From the NCBI GenBank assembly GCA_902533755.1, contig CACANC010000003.1:2748-66747 (forward strand): 64,000 bases of DNA. The letters are read 5' to 3'. The notes beneath the pieces are model-generated. The model was not told the DNA's origin and did not search any database. It worked only from the letters and a program-made list of their open reading frames with translations. Position numbers and translations under genes: made by a program. How positions within the stretch are numbered: position 1 is the stretch's first letter; every line of letters begins with the position of its first letter. Below, piece by piece: positions 19,997 to 28,955 of this stretch. The stretch is from an uncultured PS1 clade bacterium (lineage in GTDB: Bacteria; Pseudomonadota; Alphaproteobacteria; MED-G09).

Positions 19997-20104
19997 AACA
20001 CCTACAAGTTTTGATTCCCTCTAACTTGCAGGAATTAAAAGAGTTTCCCTCCGAAGCTCATATCTCTAAAGCGACTCCTAAGCCCTTCTGGAGTCGCTTT
20101 TTTT
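19997..20104 (+). ncRNA. candidate trans-acting sRNA: three stem-loops with C/U-rich (anti-SD-like) loops, the last one an intrinsic terminator
   Basis: Hairpin 1 pairs 20001-20010 with 20023-20032 (one mismatch); loop UUGAUUCCCUCU. Hairpin 2 pairs 20041-20047 with 20053-20059; loop CCUCC. Hairpin 3 pairs 20071-20078 with 20090-20097; loop UAAGCCCUUCU, followed by U7. No plus-strand gene is nearby. The 5' end is a guess based on a weak TTGTCA (19963) N16 TAACAC promoter. Confidence 0.4.
20071..20104 (+). terminator. Rho-independent terminator (8-bp GC-rich stem plus T7)
   Basis: The sequence reads gcgactcc-taagcccttct-ggagtcgc-ttttttt. On the minus strand (acnB 3' side) only TTT follows the stem, so the plus orientation is favoured. 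Confidence 0.6.
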
Positions 20105-20142
20105 ATTAGATTTTAGATAAATAAAATTGATATATGATTTTA

Positions 20143-22923
20143 CTATTGTATAGCCCTTAGGCTTTCAGCAGGCGGAGCAAACTTGGTAAGATCAATGCCC
20201 TTAACAGCAGTTTTATATTCTTCTATTGATGGAGTTCTTCCAAGAATGGAAGAGAGAACAACAACCGGTGTTGATGCTAAAAGGGATTCCCCTTTTTTGT
20301 TTTCTGCATCTCCAACTACTCTCCCTTGAAAAAGACGAGTAGAAGTAGCCATTACAGTATCTCCTTTCCCAGCTTTTTCTTGGTTGCCCATACAGAGATT
20401 ACACCCAGGTCTTTCAAGATATAAAATATTCTCATATTCAACTCGAGCAGAGCTTTTAGGTGAGTCATCATTGAATTCAAAACCAGCATATTTTTGTAAA
20501 ACATCCCAGTCACCTTCTGCCTTCAACTCTTCAACAATATTATATGTTGGCGGCGCAACCACAAGTGGAGCCTTAAAATCTACAGCTCCTTCATTAGCTT
20601 CAATATTTTTCAGCATACGAGCAAGAATTTTCATATCACCTTTATGAACCATGCATGATCCAACAAATCCTAAGTCTACCTTTTTATCCGCTGCATAATA
20701 TGAAATAGGTCTAATGGTATCGTGAGTATATCTTTTTGAAACATCAATATTATTCACATCTGGATCAGCTATCATCGGTTCATCTATTTCATCTAGATCG
20801 ATTACAACTTCAGAAAAATATTTTGCATTTTCATCTGGGGCCAGCGCAGGCTTTTCTCCTGATTTGATTTGCTTAATCCTATTATTGGCTATTTCAATTA
20901 AACCATTTAAAGTCTTCTCATCATTATCCATTCCTTTATCAACCATGATTTGGATACGGGATTTTGCAATCTCCAAGGATTCAATCAGAGTTTCATCTTG
21001 GGAAATACAGATTGAGGCTTTAGCCTTCATCTCAGCTGTCCAATCGGTAAATGTAAATGCCTGATCAGCAAGTAAAGTACCAAGATGTACTTCAATAATT
21101 CTTCCCTGAAAAACATTCTCATTACATTGTGCTAACATTTGCTGTTGCGTAGCATGGACTACATCCCTGAAATCCATATGATTTTTCATACTGCCTTTGA
21201 AAGTTACTTTAACGGATTCCGGTATAGGCATTGTCACCTCTCCAGTAGCTAAAGCTAATGCTACGGTTCCTGAATCTGCCCCAAACGCAACACCTTTTGA
21301 CATACGTGTATGAGAATCTCCTCCAATTATTATAGCCCAATCATCAACAGTGATATCGTTTAAAACTTTATGGATAACATCAGTCATCGCATGGTAAACA
21401 CCCTTGGGATCTCTTGCTGTAATAAGACCAAATGTGTTCATAAAATTCATTAGTCTTGGAATATTAGCCTGTGCTTTAGAGTCCCAGACTGATGCAGTAT
21501 GACAACCAGACTGATAAGCTCCGTCAAGAGTAGGAGAAATTACTGTTGCTGCCATTGCCTCAAGTTCTTGAGTAGTCATTAAACCAGTTGTATCTTGCGA
21601 TCCTACAATATTCACTTTAACTCTTACATCAGAGCCGCTATGTAAAACAGAGTCTGATGAAACGCCTACAGCATTTCTGTTAAAGATTTTCTCAACAGCT
21701 GTAAGACCTTGACCTTCATTAGAAATTATCTCTGAAGGTGCATAAGCAGACTCAAGATCAATACTAAGTACATCACAAGCAAAGGCTTGAAGTTTTTTAC
21801 CAAAAACAATTGCATATGATCCTCCAGTTTTTATGAATTCTAATTTTTGAGGTGTGAAAGATGATGAAAGATCGGCTAGTTCGTTTTCTCCTTTTTCATC
21901 AAAAAGTTTTTTATGCTCTGTGTTTATTGTCAATACAGTACCCGTTTCTACAGAATAGGCCTGTTCTAAAATTGGGTTGCCATCTTCATCCAAAGTTGGA
22001 TTTCCATTGGAGTCTAGTTTTTTTACCCAATTCTTTAAATCGATACCGATGCCACCAGTTACATCAACCGTTGTTAGAAAAATTGGTGAAATACCATTTG
22101 TTCCAGCAACTATCGGTGCAATATTAACAAAGGGAACATATGGGCTGCCAGGTTTTCCTGTCCACAATGCAACATTATTAACCCCTGACATTCTTGATGA
22201 ACCAACGCCCATGGTTCCTTTTTCTGCTATTAACATTATCCTTTTGTCAGGATGTTGTTTCTGCATTTTTTGTATATCAGATTGTGCCTCAGCCGAAATC
22301 ATACATTTTCCATGTAATTCTCTATCCGATCTTGAGTGTGCTTCAGTCCCTGGTGAAAGGAGGTCTGTTGATATATCACCCTCAGCGGCTATATATGTAA
22401 CAATTTTAATTTCCTTATCAATCTCAGGTAATTTTGTGAAGAATTCAGCTTTTGAGTAACTTTGGAGTATTTCTTTTGCTACCTCATTGCCATCAGTAAA
22501 AGCTTTCTTTAAGCGTTCTGTATCAGCCTCATATAAAAAAACTTGAGTTTTTAAAATCTCTCCAGCCTTCAACGCTATTGATTCCTCTGAGCTTAAGGCG
22601 AGATCTAATAGAACCTCAACAGAAGGTCCACCTTTCATATGAGATAATAATTCAAATGCAAAATCGGAAGAAATTTCTTCGAGAGAAAATTCCTTATTAA
22701 CAATTTCTTTTAAAAATTTTGCTTTCGCAGTAGCTGCACCTGTAGTTCCAGGAAGCATATTGTAAATAAAATAATTTAAGGAGTCTTCTCTATGTTTATT
22801 TTCAGTATCTCTAATCTGAGAAATCACTTCATTAGCAAGGGCTTCATCATCTATAGGCTTAGGATTTAAGCCCATAGCTTTTCTTTCTTCTATCTCTTCT
22901 AAGTAAGATTCATATAAACTCAT
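20143..22923 (-). CDS. acnB: aconitate hydratase B (bifunctional aconitase 2 / 2-methylisocitrate dehydratase)
   Basis: 926 aa. AcnB-type N-terminus (YLEEIEERKAMGLNPKPID...MLPGTTGAA...LLSHMKGG) precedes the swivel and catalytic domains. Cluster-ligand region motifs GGDSHTRM, GFVGSCM and GCNLCMGNQ. Confidence 0.9.
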   Translation of the reverse strand: MSLYESYLEEIEERKAMGLNPKPIDDEALANEVISQIRDTENKHREDSLNYFIYNMLPGTTGAATAKAKFLKEIVNKEFSLEEISSDFAFELLSHMKGGPSVEVLLDLALSSEESIALKAGEILKTQVFLYEADTERLKKAFTDGNEVAKEILQSYSKAEFFTKLPEIDKEIKIVTYIAAEGDISTDLLSPGTEAHSRSDRELHGKCMISAEAQSDIQKMQKQHPDKRIMLIAEKGTMGVGSSRMSGVNNVALWTGKPGSPYVPFVNIAPIVAGTNGISPIFLTTVDVTGGIGIDLKNWVKKLDSNGNPTLDEDGNPILEQAYSVETGTVLTINTEHKKLFDEKGENELADLSSSFTPQKLEFIKTGGSYAIVFGKKLQAFACDVLSIDLESAYAPSEIISNEGQGLTAVEKIFNRNAVGVSSDSVLHSGSDVRVKVNIVGSQDTTGLMTTQELEAMAATVISPTLDGAYQSGCHTASVWDSKAQANIPRLMNFMNTFGLITARDPKGVYHAMTDVIHKVLNDITVDDWAIIIGGDSHTRMSKGVAFGADSGTVALALATGEVTMPIPESVKVTFKGSMKNHMDFRDVVHATQQQMLAQCNENVFQGRIIEVHLGTLLADQAFTFTDWTAEMKAKASICISQDETLIESLEIAKSRIQIMVDKGMDNDEKTLNGLIEIANNRIKQIKSGEKPALAPDENAKYFSEVVIDLDEIDEPMIADPDVNNIDVSKRYTHDTIRPISYYAADKKVDLGFVGSCMVHKGDMKILARMLKNIEANEGAVDFKAPLVVAPPTYNIVEELKAEGDWDVLQKYAGFEFNDDSPKSSARVEYENILYLERPGCNLCMGNQEKAGKGDTVMATSTRLFQGRVVGDAENKKGESLLASTPVVVLSSILGRTPSIEEYKTAVKGIDLTKFAPPAESLRAIQ

Positions 22924-23016
22924 AAATTACTTTCTTTTGCTAATTATATCCGGAATATACTATTCTTCATTAGGATGTCAAATTATGGTCAGAAATTTGT
23001 TAAAAATGGTTAAAAA

Positions 23017-23514
23017 ATGAGACGCTTTTTACCTCTAATAATTTTGCTTGGTGTAATTACTTTATTTTTGTTTGGTACTTTCAAAAAAAATACACGTGTT
23101 ATTCCTTCGCCACTAATTGGGCAAGAAGTTCCGATAATGGGATTAGAGACAAAATTTTATGAAGATTTTCAAAAGAATGATTTAGAAGATGTTTTAAAGA
23201 TTGATAAAATTAAAATCATTAATTTTTGGGCTTCATGGTGTTTACCTTGTGAAGTCGAACATCCAATTCTAATGGGCTTAAGCAAGAAGTCAGACTTCAT
23301 AATTATCGGTGTGAATTATAAAGATACTGAAGAAGGCTCCGCTGAATTCTTGAATGAAAAAGGTAACCCCTATGATCTAGTAGTAATTGATGATGAAGGA
23401 ATGATGGGTATAGAAATGGGTTTAACAGGAGTGCCAGAGACTTTTGTTGTTAATGAAGAGGGGAAGATTATTTATAGAATTGTTGGCCCTATAAATAATG
23501 AAAATAAGTTTTAA
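23017..23514 (+). CDS. ccmG: periplasmic thiol:disulfide oxidoreductase DsbE/CcmG (cytochrome c maturation)
   Basis: N-terminal membrane anchor, NFWASWCLPCEVEHP (CXXC) and GVPETFVV. Confidence 0.85.
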   Translation: MRRFLPLIILLGVITLFLFGTFKKNTRVIPSPLIGQEVPIMGLETKFYEDFQKNDLEDVLKIDKIKIINFWASWCLPCEVEHPILMGLSKKSDFIIIGVNYKDTEEGSAEFLNEKGNPYDLVVIDDEGMMGIEMGLTGVPETFVVNEEGKIIYRIVGPINNENKF

Positions 23515-24762
23515 TTATACTGCAACGCCATGAGCAAAATTTTCATCACTACTTTTTATTAATGCAGTTATTGTTTGACCGCTTTTAATTTCTTTTTCAA
23601 TTAATTTAATTGGCGCAAATTGATTAGAGTGACCTTTGTTATCTTTTTCAACAAATACTTCAATGTTCTTACCAACTAAATTTTCTAGATGCTTTATCTT
23701 TCTTTGCTTAGCGACATCTCTTAGTATTTTTGACCTTAGTTTGATAAGTTTATTATCATTCTGTGGCATCTTAGCAGCTGGTGTTCCTGGTCTCGGAGAA
23801 AATGGAAAAGCATGAATCCAGTCTAATTGACATTCCTCAATAATATCTAATGTGTTTTGAAACATTTCTTCTGTTTCTGTAGGAAAGCCAACTATTAAAT
23901 CAGCACCAAAAGAAATTTCAGGTCTTTTTTGCTTTAGTTGATCACATAAATCAATTGCATCCTCTCTTAAATGTCGTCTTTTCATTCTTTTGAGAATCAA
24001 ATTATCTCCCGATTGGAGTGACAAGTGAATATGTGGGAGGATTCTTTTATTATTAGCAATTAAATCAATAAGTTTTTCATCAAAACCTATTACATCCATC
24101 GATGAAAGTCTTAATCTTTCTAACCTTGGTGCCTCACTTAAAATATATTCAATCAAGATTCCAAGACTAGCTTCTTTTTTATTTTCCATGTTCCAAGAAG
24201 CTATATCAACTCCAGTTAATATAATTTCTTTATGTCCTTCATTAATTAGATTATTTATTTCTTTGATAATTTGTTCTTTTGATTTTGATCTTAAATTACC
24301 TCTTCCAAATGGGATTACACAAAAAGTACATCTATGGTTGCATCCATTCTGAATTTCAACAAATGCTCGCGTTTTACTTTTATAACCATTCCTTAGAGAA
24401 TTAAGAGGATCTTCATTGATCATTATGTCAGAAACAAGGTTGTTGTTATTTCTTAATAAATGAGAAGATATATCTCTTTTTTCTGAGTTGCCTAAAACCT
24501 TATCAACTTCCTCCATCTCTAAAAAAGATTGAGGTTCAATCTGTGCTGCACATCCCGTAACTACTATCTTTGTATTGGGTTCATCACGCCTCTTTTTTCT
24601 TATAGAGTATTTCACTTGTCTGATAGCTTCTTCGGTAACGGCACAGCTATTATAAACAGCAATATCCTTTAAACCTTTTTCAATAAGGTTTTGTTCAATT
24701 ATTTCTGACTCATATGAATTGAGTCTGCATCCAAACGTAAATATTTCTGGTTCTTTACCCAT
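23515..24762 (-). CDS. mtaB: tRNA methylthiotransferase MtaB (MiaB-like radical SAM)
   Basis: UPF0004 N-domain FGCRLNSYESE...NSCAVT. Radical-SAM motif CNHRCTFCVIPFGRG. C-terminal TRAM-like region. Confidence 0.85.
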   Translation of the reverse strand: MGKEPEIFTFGCRLNSYESEIIEQNLIEKGLKDIAVYNSCAVTEEAIRQVKYSIRKKRRDEPNTKIVVTGCAAQIEPQSFLEMEEVDKVLGNSEKRDISSHLLRNNNNLVSDIMINEDPLNSLRNGYKSKTRAFVEIQNGCNHRCTFCVIPFGRGNLRSKSKEQIIKEINNLINEGHKEIILTGVDIASWNMENKKEASLGILIEYILSEAPRLERLRLSSMDVIGFDEKLIDLIANNKRILPHIHLSLQSGDNLILKRMKRRHLREDAIDLCDQLKQKRPEISFGADLIVGFPTETEEMFQNTLDIIEECQLDWIHAFPFSPRPGTPAAKMPQNDNKLIKLRSKILRDVAKQRKIKHLENLVGKNIEVFVEKDNKGHSNQFAPIKLIEKEIKSGQTITALIKSSDENFAHGVAV

Positions 24763-25608
24763 TTAAAAATCCGATATATCTATTTCTAACTTTTCTTCAA
24801 TTTCATATGGTCCAGTCATTACAATATTGTTGTCGTCTTTCCAAGAAATATTTAAATCCCCTCCAGCAAAACTAATTTTTGTATCACGACCAGTAATATT
24901 TAAACTTGCTGCAACTGCAGTTGTTGCACAAGCAGCTGAACCACATGCTTTAGTTATTCCTGTTCCTCGTTCCCAAACATCTATAAAAATATGATCATCA
25001 TTAATTGTCTCTGCAAAAGAAACATTTACTTTTTCAGCAAACATTTCGTGATGCTCAATAAAGTGGCCGATTTTTTCAATTTCGGGCTTATCTTTATTAA
25101 AGAAAAATATGGCATGAGGATTACCAACATTGACAGCACTAAAATTTGGTAATTCAAATGAAGATGGCTCTAAAGTAATTGATAATGTATTTTCAATTGG
25201 ATTAGACAATGGAATTTCTGACCAGTGAAATGATGGTTCACCTATATTGACTGAAATTTCATCTCCATTTCGCCAACATTCTATATCCTTATCAACCGTT
25301 TCAATTATTACATTATTTTTTTTTGTTTCACTTAATATTATATCGCCAACACATCTTAAAGCATTTCCACACATGCCTGACTCAGTTCCATCAGCATTCC
25401 AGAATTTAATATGACAGTCACCATTTCTTGTTGCATTTTCAATATTAATAAATTGATCAAACTTATAATTGATCACAGCAGATTGTAGCTTGAGAATAAG
25501 ATCATTATTTATATTTAATTTATGATTTCTTGAATCATGTGATAAAAATGTATTACCAGCTCCATTCATCTTTTGAAATTCATATAAGTTTGTGTTTTCA
25601 TCATTCAT
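24763..25608 (-). CDS. dapF: diaminopimelate epimerase
   Basis: GAGNTF plus the two catalytic-cysteine motifs MCGNALRC and ACGSAACA. Confidence 0.9.
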   Translation of the reverse strand: MNDENTNLYEFQKMNGAGNTFLSHDSRNHKLNINNDLILKLQSAVINYKFDQFINIENATRNGDCHIKFWNADGTESGMCGNALRCVGDIILSETKKNNVIIETVDKDIECWRNGDEISVNIGEPSFHWSEIPLSNPIENTLSITLEPSSFELPNFSAVNVGNPHAIFFFNKDKPEIEKIGHFIEHHEMFAEKVNVSFAETINDDHIFIDVWERGTGITKACGSAACATTAVAASLNITGRDTKISFAGGDLNISWKDDNNIVMTGPYEIEEKLEIDISDF

Positions 25609-25657
25609 ACCTATCTTATAGAGCTGAATTTGAGTTTTTACTACTTAATTGATTAAC

Positions 25658-25687
25658 TTGACTTATATTGCTTATAAGTTCTATATA
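25658..25687 (+). promoter_or_regulatory. candidate sigma70-type promoter for the rpsP operon
   Basis: TTGACT (25658-25663), an 18-nt spacer, then TATATA (25682-25687). AT-rich background makes chance matches likely. Confidence 0.4.
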
Positions 25688-25735
25688 ACTCCACTTTTAA
25701 TTAAAAAGTTGAAATAACGGTTCACAATGAATCGC

Positions 25736-25770
25736 CATCCGTCAACGAGGGTTCGTCCACGGGTGTTTTT
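25736..25770 (+). terminator. attenuator-like hairpin plus U-tract in the rpsP 5' leader
   Basis: A 7-bp stem pairs 25736-25742 with 25759-25765. It continues through a 2x2 internal loop to a 4-bp stem (acga/tcgt) with a GGGT loop, and is followed by TTTTT (25766-25770). It lies 32 nt upstream of the rpsP ATG and is much more GC-rich than its surroundings. Confidence 0.5.
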
Positions 25771-25801
25771 GTTGCTGAATTAAGTTTTTGAAAGGAATAA
25801 A

Positions 25802-26188
25802 ATGGCTGTAAAAATTAGACTTGCAAGAGGGGGTTCTAAAAAGAGACCTTATTATAGAATAGTGGTTGCAGATATAAGAGCACCAAGAGATGGAAAATAT
25901 ATAGAAAGGGTTGGATCTTATAATCCTCTTCTACCAAAAGATCATGAAGATAGAATCAAACTTGATATCGATAGAATTAAAGAGTGGTTATCAAAAGGTG
26001 CAAAACCAACTGATAGAGTTGCAAGATTTTTAGATGCTGAAGGAATTCTGAAAAGAGAGCCAAGAAATAATCCTCAAAAAGCAATTCCGAAAAAAGAACC
26101 AGAAGAAGCTAAAGAAGAGGCCCCAGCAGAAGAGGCTCCAGCAGAAGAAGCTAAAGAAGAGGCTCCAGCAGAAGAAGAAAAAAAATAA
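25802..26188 (+). CDS. rpsP: 30S ribosomal protein S16 with low-complexity E/A/P/K C-terminal tail
   Basis: [24 protein letters not shown]. Tail is [28 protein letters not shown]. Confidence 0.95.
   Translation: MAVKIRLARGGSKKRPYYRIVVADIRAPRDGKYIERVGSYNPLLPKDHEDRIKLDIDRIKEWLSKGAKPTDRVARFLDAEGILKREPRNNPQKAIPKKEPEEAKEEAPAEEAPAEEAKEEAPAEEEKK
26102..26176 (+). repeat. imperfect direct repeat (about 42-nt period) encoding the S16 [11 protein letters not shown] tail
   Basis: gaagaagctaaagaagaggc[c/t]ccagcagaag occurs twice (starting near 26102 and 26144). Confidence 0.6.
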
Positions 26189-26297
26189 ACTAGATAATAA
26201 AATCTATTTTTTTATTTTTTCAAAACTCGTGACAAGTGATTGCATAGGAAATAATCTTTCATTGTTTATAAAAAAATAAAATAAGAGTTTAAAAATA

Positions 26298-26999
26298 ATG
26301 ACTTGGAAAGCAAATATTTTAACTTTATATCCAGAGATATATCCTGGTTATTTGAGCTATAGTTTGCTTGGTAAAGCTCTTGAAAAAAAAATTTGGGAAC
26401 TGAATATATATAATTTGCGCGATTTTGGAGATGGAAAGCACAAAACTGTAGATGATAAACCTTTTGGTGGCGGTGCTGGAATGATAATAAAGCCAGATAT
26501 TCTAGGTAATGCTATTGAAGAAACACTTATTAAAAACCATGCTCGACAATCATTAGTTTATTTATCGCCTAAGGGAAGGCCCTTTAAACAAATTGATGCT
26601 AAAAATTTTTCCCAAAGTTCTGGGGTATCTATATTATGTGGTCATTTTGAAGGAATTGACCAAAGGGTCCTTGATATTTATGAAATAGAGGAAATATCAA
26701 TGGGAGATTATATTTTAAGCGGTGGTGAAGTCGCTTCCTTTACTTTTTTGGATTCAATTTTAAGATTACTACCAGGTGTTCTTGGAAATGAAGCATCTAT
26801 TGAAGATGAGTCCTTTTCCAACGATTTACTTGAATATCCTCAATACACTAAACCACAAGAATATAAAAATATTAAGGTTCCAGATGTATTACTATCTGGC
26901 AATCATGAAGAAATAGAAAAATGGCGTAAAGAAAAATCTATTGAAATAACAAAAAAAAATAGACCTGATATGCTAAAACACGAAAAGAGTAAGAAATAA
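26298..26999 (+). CDS. trmD: tRNA (guanine37-N1)-methyltransferase
   Basis: ILTLYPEIYPG, DDKPFGGGAGMIIKPD, CGHFEGIDQRV and LSGNHEEIEKWR. Confidence 0.95.
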   Translation: MTWKANILTLYPEIYPGYLSYSLLGKALEKKIWELNIYNLRDFGDGKHKTVDDKPFGGGAGMIIKPDILGNAIEETLIKNHARQSLVYLSPKGRPFKQIDAKNFSQSSGVSILCGHFEGIDQRVLDIYEIEEISMGDYILSGGEVASFTFLDSILRLLPGVLGNEASIEDESFSNDLLEYPQYTKPQEYKNIKVPDVLLSGNHEEIEKWRKEKSIEITKKNRPDMLKHEKSKK

Positions 27000-27063
27000 T
27001 TTAAAAATTAGGGTGACTTATTAACAATTTATGTGTTATTTGAACTTCCTGTTTTAATTATTA

Positions 27064-27522
27064 ATGTTAATGTTGAATAAAATGGATGCAATTGAAAATA
27101 TAGAAAAACAATATCTAAATGAATTGTCTGAAGGTAAGGAATATCCGGATTTTAGACCAGGTGATACTATTGCTGTAAGCGTGGTTGTAAAGGAAGGAGA
27201 AAGAGAAAGAATTCAGATTTTTGAAGGCGTTTGTATTTCTAGATCTGGTGAAGGAATTAACCAGAATTTTACCGTAAGAAAAATCTCATACGGTGAAGGT
27301 GTAGAGAGAGTTTTCACTTTATATAGTCCACTAGTAGATTCAATTAAACTTATTAAAAAAGGTAAAGTTAGACGATCAAAACTTTATTACCTAAGAACAA
27401 GAAGGGGTAAATCAGCTAGAATTGCTGAAAGACAAGATCTTCAATCAAAAAAATTAGAGGATATTGATTCAGAAGATCAAACTTCAGAAGCTGAAATGTC
27501 AGAGGAAGAAAGCGCTAAATAA
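27064..27522 (+). CDS. rplS: 50S ribosomal protein L19 with acidic C-terminal tail
   Basis: [29 protein letters not shown] and RRSKLYYLR. The start is uncertain: ATG at 27064, 27070 or 27082. Confidence 0.9.
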   Translation: MLMLNKMDAIENIEKQYLNELSEGKEYPDFRPGDTIAVSVVVKEGERERIQIFEGVCISRSGEGINQNFTVRKISYGEGVERVFTLYSPLVDSIKLIKKGKVRRSKLYYLRTRRGKSARIAERQDLQSKKLEDIDSEDQTSEAEMSEEESAK

Positions 27523-27550
27523 AAATAATTCGCTTTTTGTTGGAGTCTCA

Positions 27551-28954
27551 ATGACAGAAGCAAAAACAATTTACGATAAAATCTGGGATGCGCATTTAGT
27601 TGCTGATAAGGATAATTATTCATTATTATATATTGATCGACATTTAATTCATGAAGTAACAAGTCCGCAAGCTTTTGAGGGTTTAAGAATGGCGGGTAGA
27701 AATGTTCGACATCCTGATAAAACTCTAGCTGTCGCCGATCATAATGTTCCCACAACAGATAGATCTGTAGAAATAGAGGATGAAGAATCAAAAATCCAAA
27801 TTGAGGCACTTAAAAATAATTGTGCTGAATTTGGTATTAACTTTATTGATATGAGTGATATTAGACAGGGCATTGTTCACATTATAGGTCCTGAACAGGG
27901 CTTTACTCTTCCAGGCTCCACAATTGTTTGTGGGGATAGTCATACTTCAACTCATGGAGCATTTGGAGCATTAGCACATGGTATTGGAACATCTGAGGTA
28001 GAGCATGTTTTAGCTTCTCAGACACTAATACAAAAAAAAGCAAAAAATTTTAAAGTTGAGATAGTTGGGGCACTAACCGACTCTATATCCGCAAAAGATC
28101 TTGCGCTATCAGTAATTGGAGCGATTGGAACTGCGGGTGGTACTGGCTATGTTATTGAGTACATGGGTAATGCAGTTGAAAGCCTTAGTATGGAAGGTAG
28201 AATGACATTATGTAATCTTACAATAGAAGCTGGTGCTAGAGCAGGGTTAATTGCTCCTGATCAAAAAACTTTTGACTATTTAAAGGATCGACCGTTAGCT
28301 CCAAAAGGTGATATTTGGGATAAAGCAGTCAGTTATTGGAAAACTTTACCAAGTGATCCTGGGGCACATTATGATAATTCAATAAAAATTGATATTGATA
28401 ACCTTTCGCCCTTAGTAACCTGGGGAACTAGCCCAGAGGATGTCATTGATATTGATGGAAATATACCAAAACCCGAGGATATAGAAGATGAAGCAAAGAA
28501 GAATGCAATAAGGCGATCGCTAGATTATATGGGTTTGGAAGCAGGTGAGCCGATTAAAGGTACAAAAATTGATAAGGTTTTTATTGGATCATGTACAAAT
28601 GGAAGAATTGAAGATCTAAGAGCAGCGGCATCAATAGTAAGTCAAAACAAGGTTTCTGATCATGTTAACGCAATTGTTGTGCCTGGATCAGGACTTGTAA
28701 AGGCCCAAGCAGAAAATGAGGGTCTGGATAAAATATTTATAGAGGCAGGCTTTGAATGGAGGGAACCAGGTTGTTCTATGTGTTTGGCCATGAATGCCGA
28801 CAAACTTCTTCCGAATGAGAGATGTGCCTCAACTTCAAATAGAAATTTTGAAGGAAGACAAGGTAGAGGGGGAAGAACACATCTTGTGAGCCCAAAAATG
28901 GCAGCAGCAGCAGCAATAGCAGGATGTTTGGCCGATGTTAGGGATTTTAGTTAA
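27551..28954 (+). CDS. leuC: 3-isopropylmalate dehydratase large subunit
   Basis: Start is [17 protein letters not shown] at 27551; the track ORF from 27464 is an upstream in-frame extension over rplS. Motifs [24 protein letters not shown] and GCSMCLAMN. Confidence 0.95.
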   Translation: MTEAKTIYDKIWDAHLVADKDNYSLLYIDRHLIHEVTSPQAFEGLRMAGRNVRHPDKTLAVADHNVPTTDRSVEIEDEESKIQIEALKNNCAEFGINFIDMSDIRQGIVHIIGPEQGFTLPGSTIVCGDSHTSTHGAFGALAHGIGTSEVEHVLASQTLIQKKAKNFKVEIVGALTDSISAKDLALSVIGAIGTAGGTGYVIEYMGNAVESLSMEGRMTLCNLTIEAGARAGLIAPDQKTFDYLKDRPLAPKGDIWDKAVSYWKTLPSDPGAHYDNSIKIDIDNLSPLVTWGTSPEDVIDIDGNIPKPEDIEDEAKKNAIRRSLDYMGLEAGEPIKGTKIDKVFIGSCTNGRIEDLRAAASIVSQNKVSDHVNAIVVPGSGLVKAQAENEGLDKIFIEAGFEWREPGCSMCLAMNADKLLPNERCASTSNRNFEGRQGRGGRTHLVSPKMAAAAAIAGCLADVRDFS

Positions 28955-28955
28955 T

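Noticed and set aside
21977-22459. 160-aa plus-strand ORF (with neighbours 21861-22127 and 22194-22400) antisense to acnB
   Set aside because: It lies entirely inside a confidently identified, full-length acnB. In this antisense phase, a stop needs a sense Tyr codon after a codon ending in T or C, or a sense His/Gln codon after a codon ending in T, so long open stretches arise by chance. The translation is low-complexity with no recognisable motifs or RBS.
22947-22961. Near-palindrome TATATCCGGAATATA in the acnB/ccmG divergent spacer
   Set aside because: It is imperfect and a single occurrence, with no second site or known motif match. It is too weak to call.
25745-25765. gagGGTTCGtcc resembling a tRNA T-arm/T-loop
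   Set aside because: No acceptor, D or anticodon arms can be drawn from the flanking AT-rich sequence. It is better explained as the apex of the rpsP-leader hairpin.
27464-27550. N-terminal extensions of track ORFs that overlap upstream genes: leuC from 27464, leuD from 28935, zapE from 35861, rlmN to 10290, the SpoU-family gene to 10852, and the xer gene to 42856
   Set aside because: They are in-frame read-through upstream of the real start. Conserved N-termini and better-placed ATGs (some with SD) define shorter genes.
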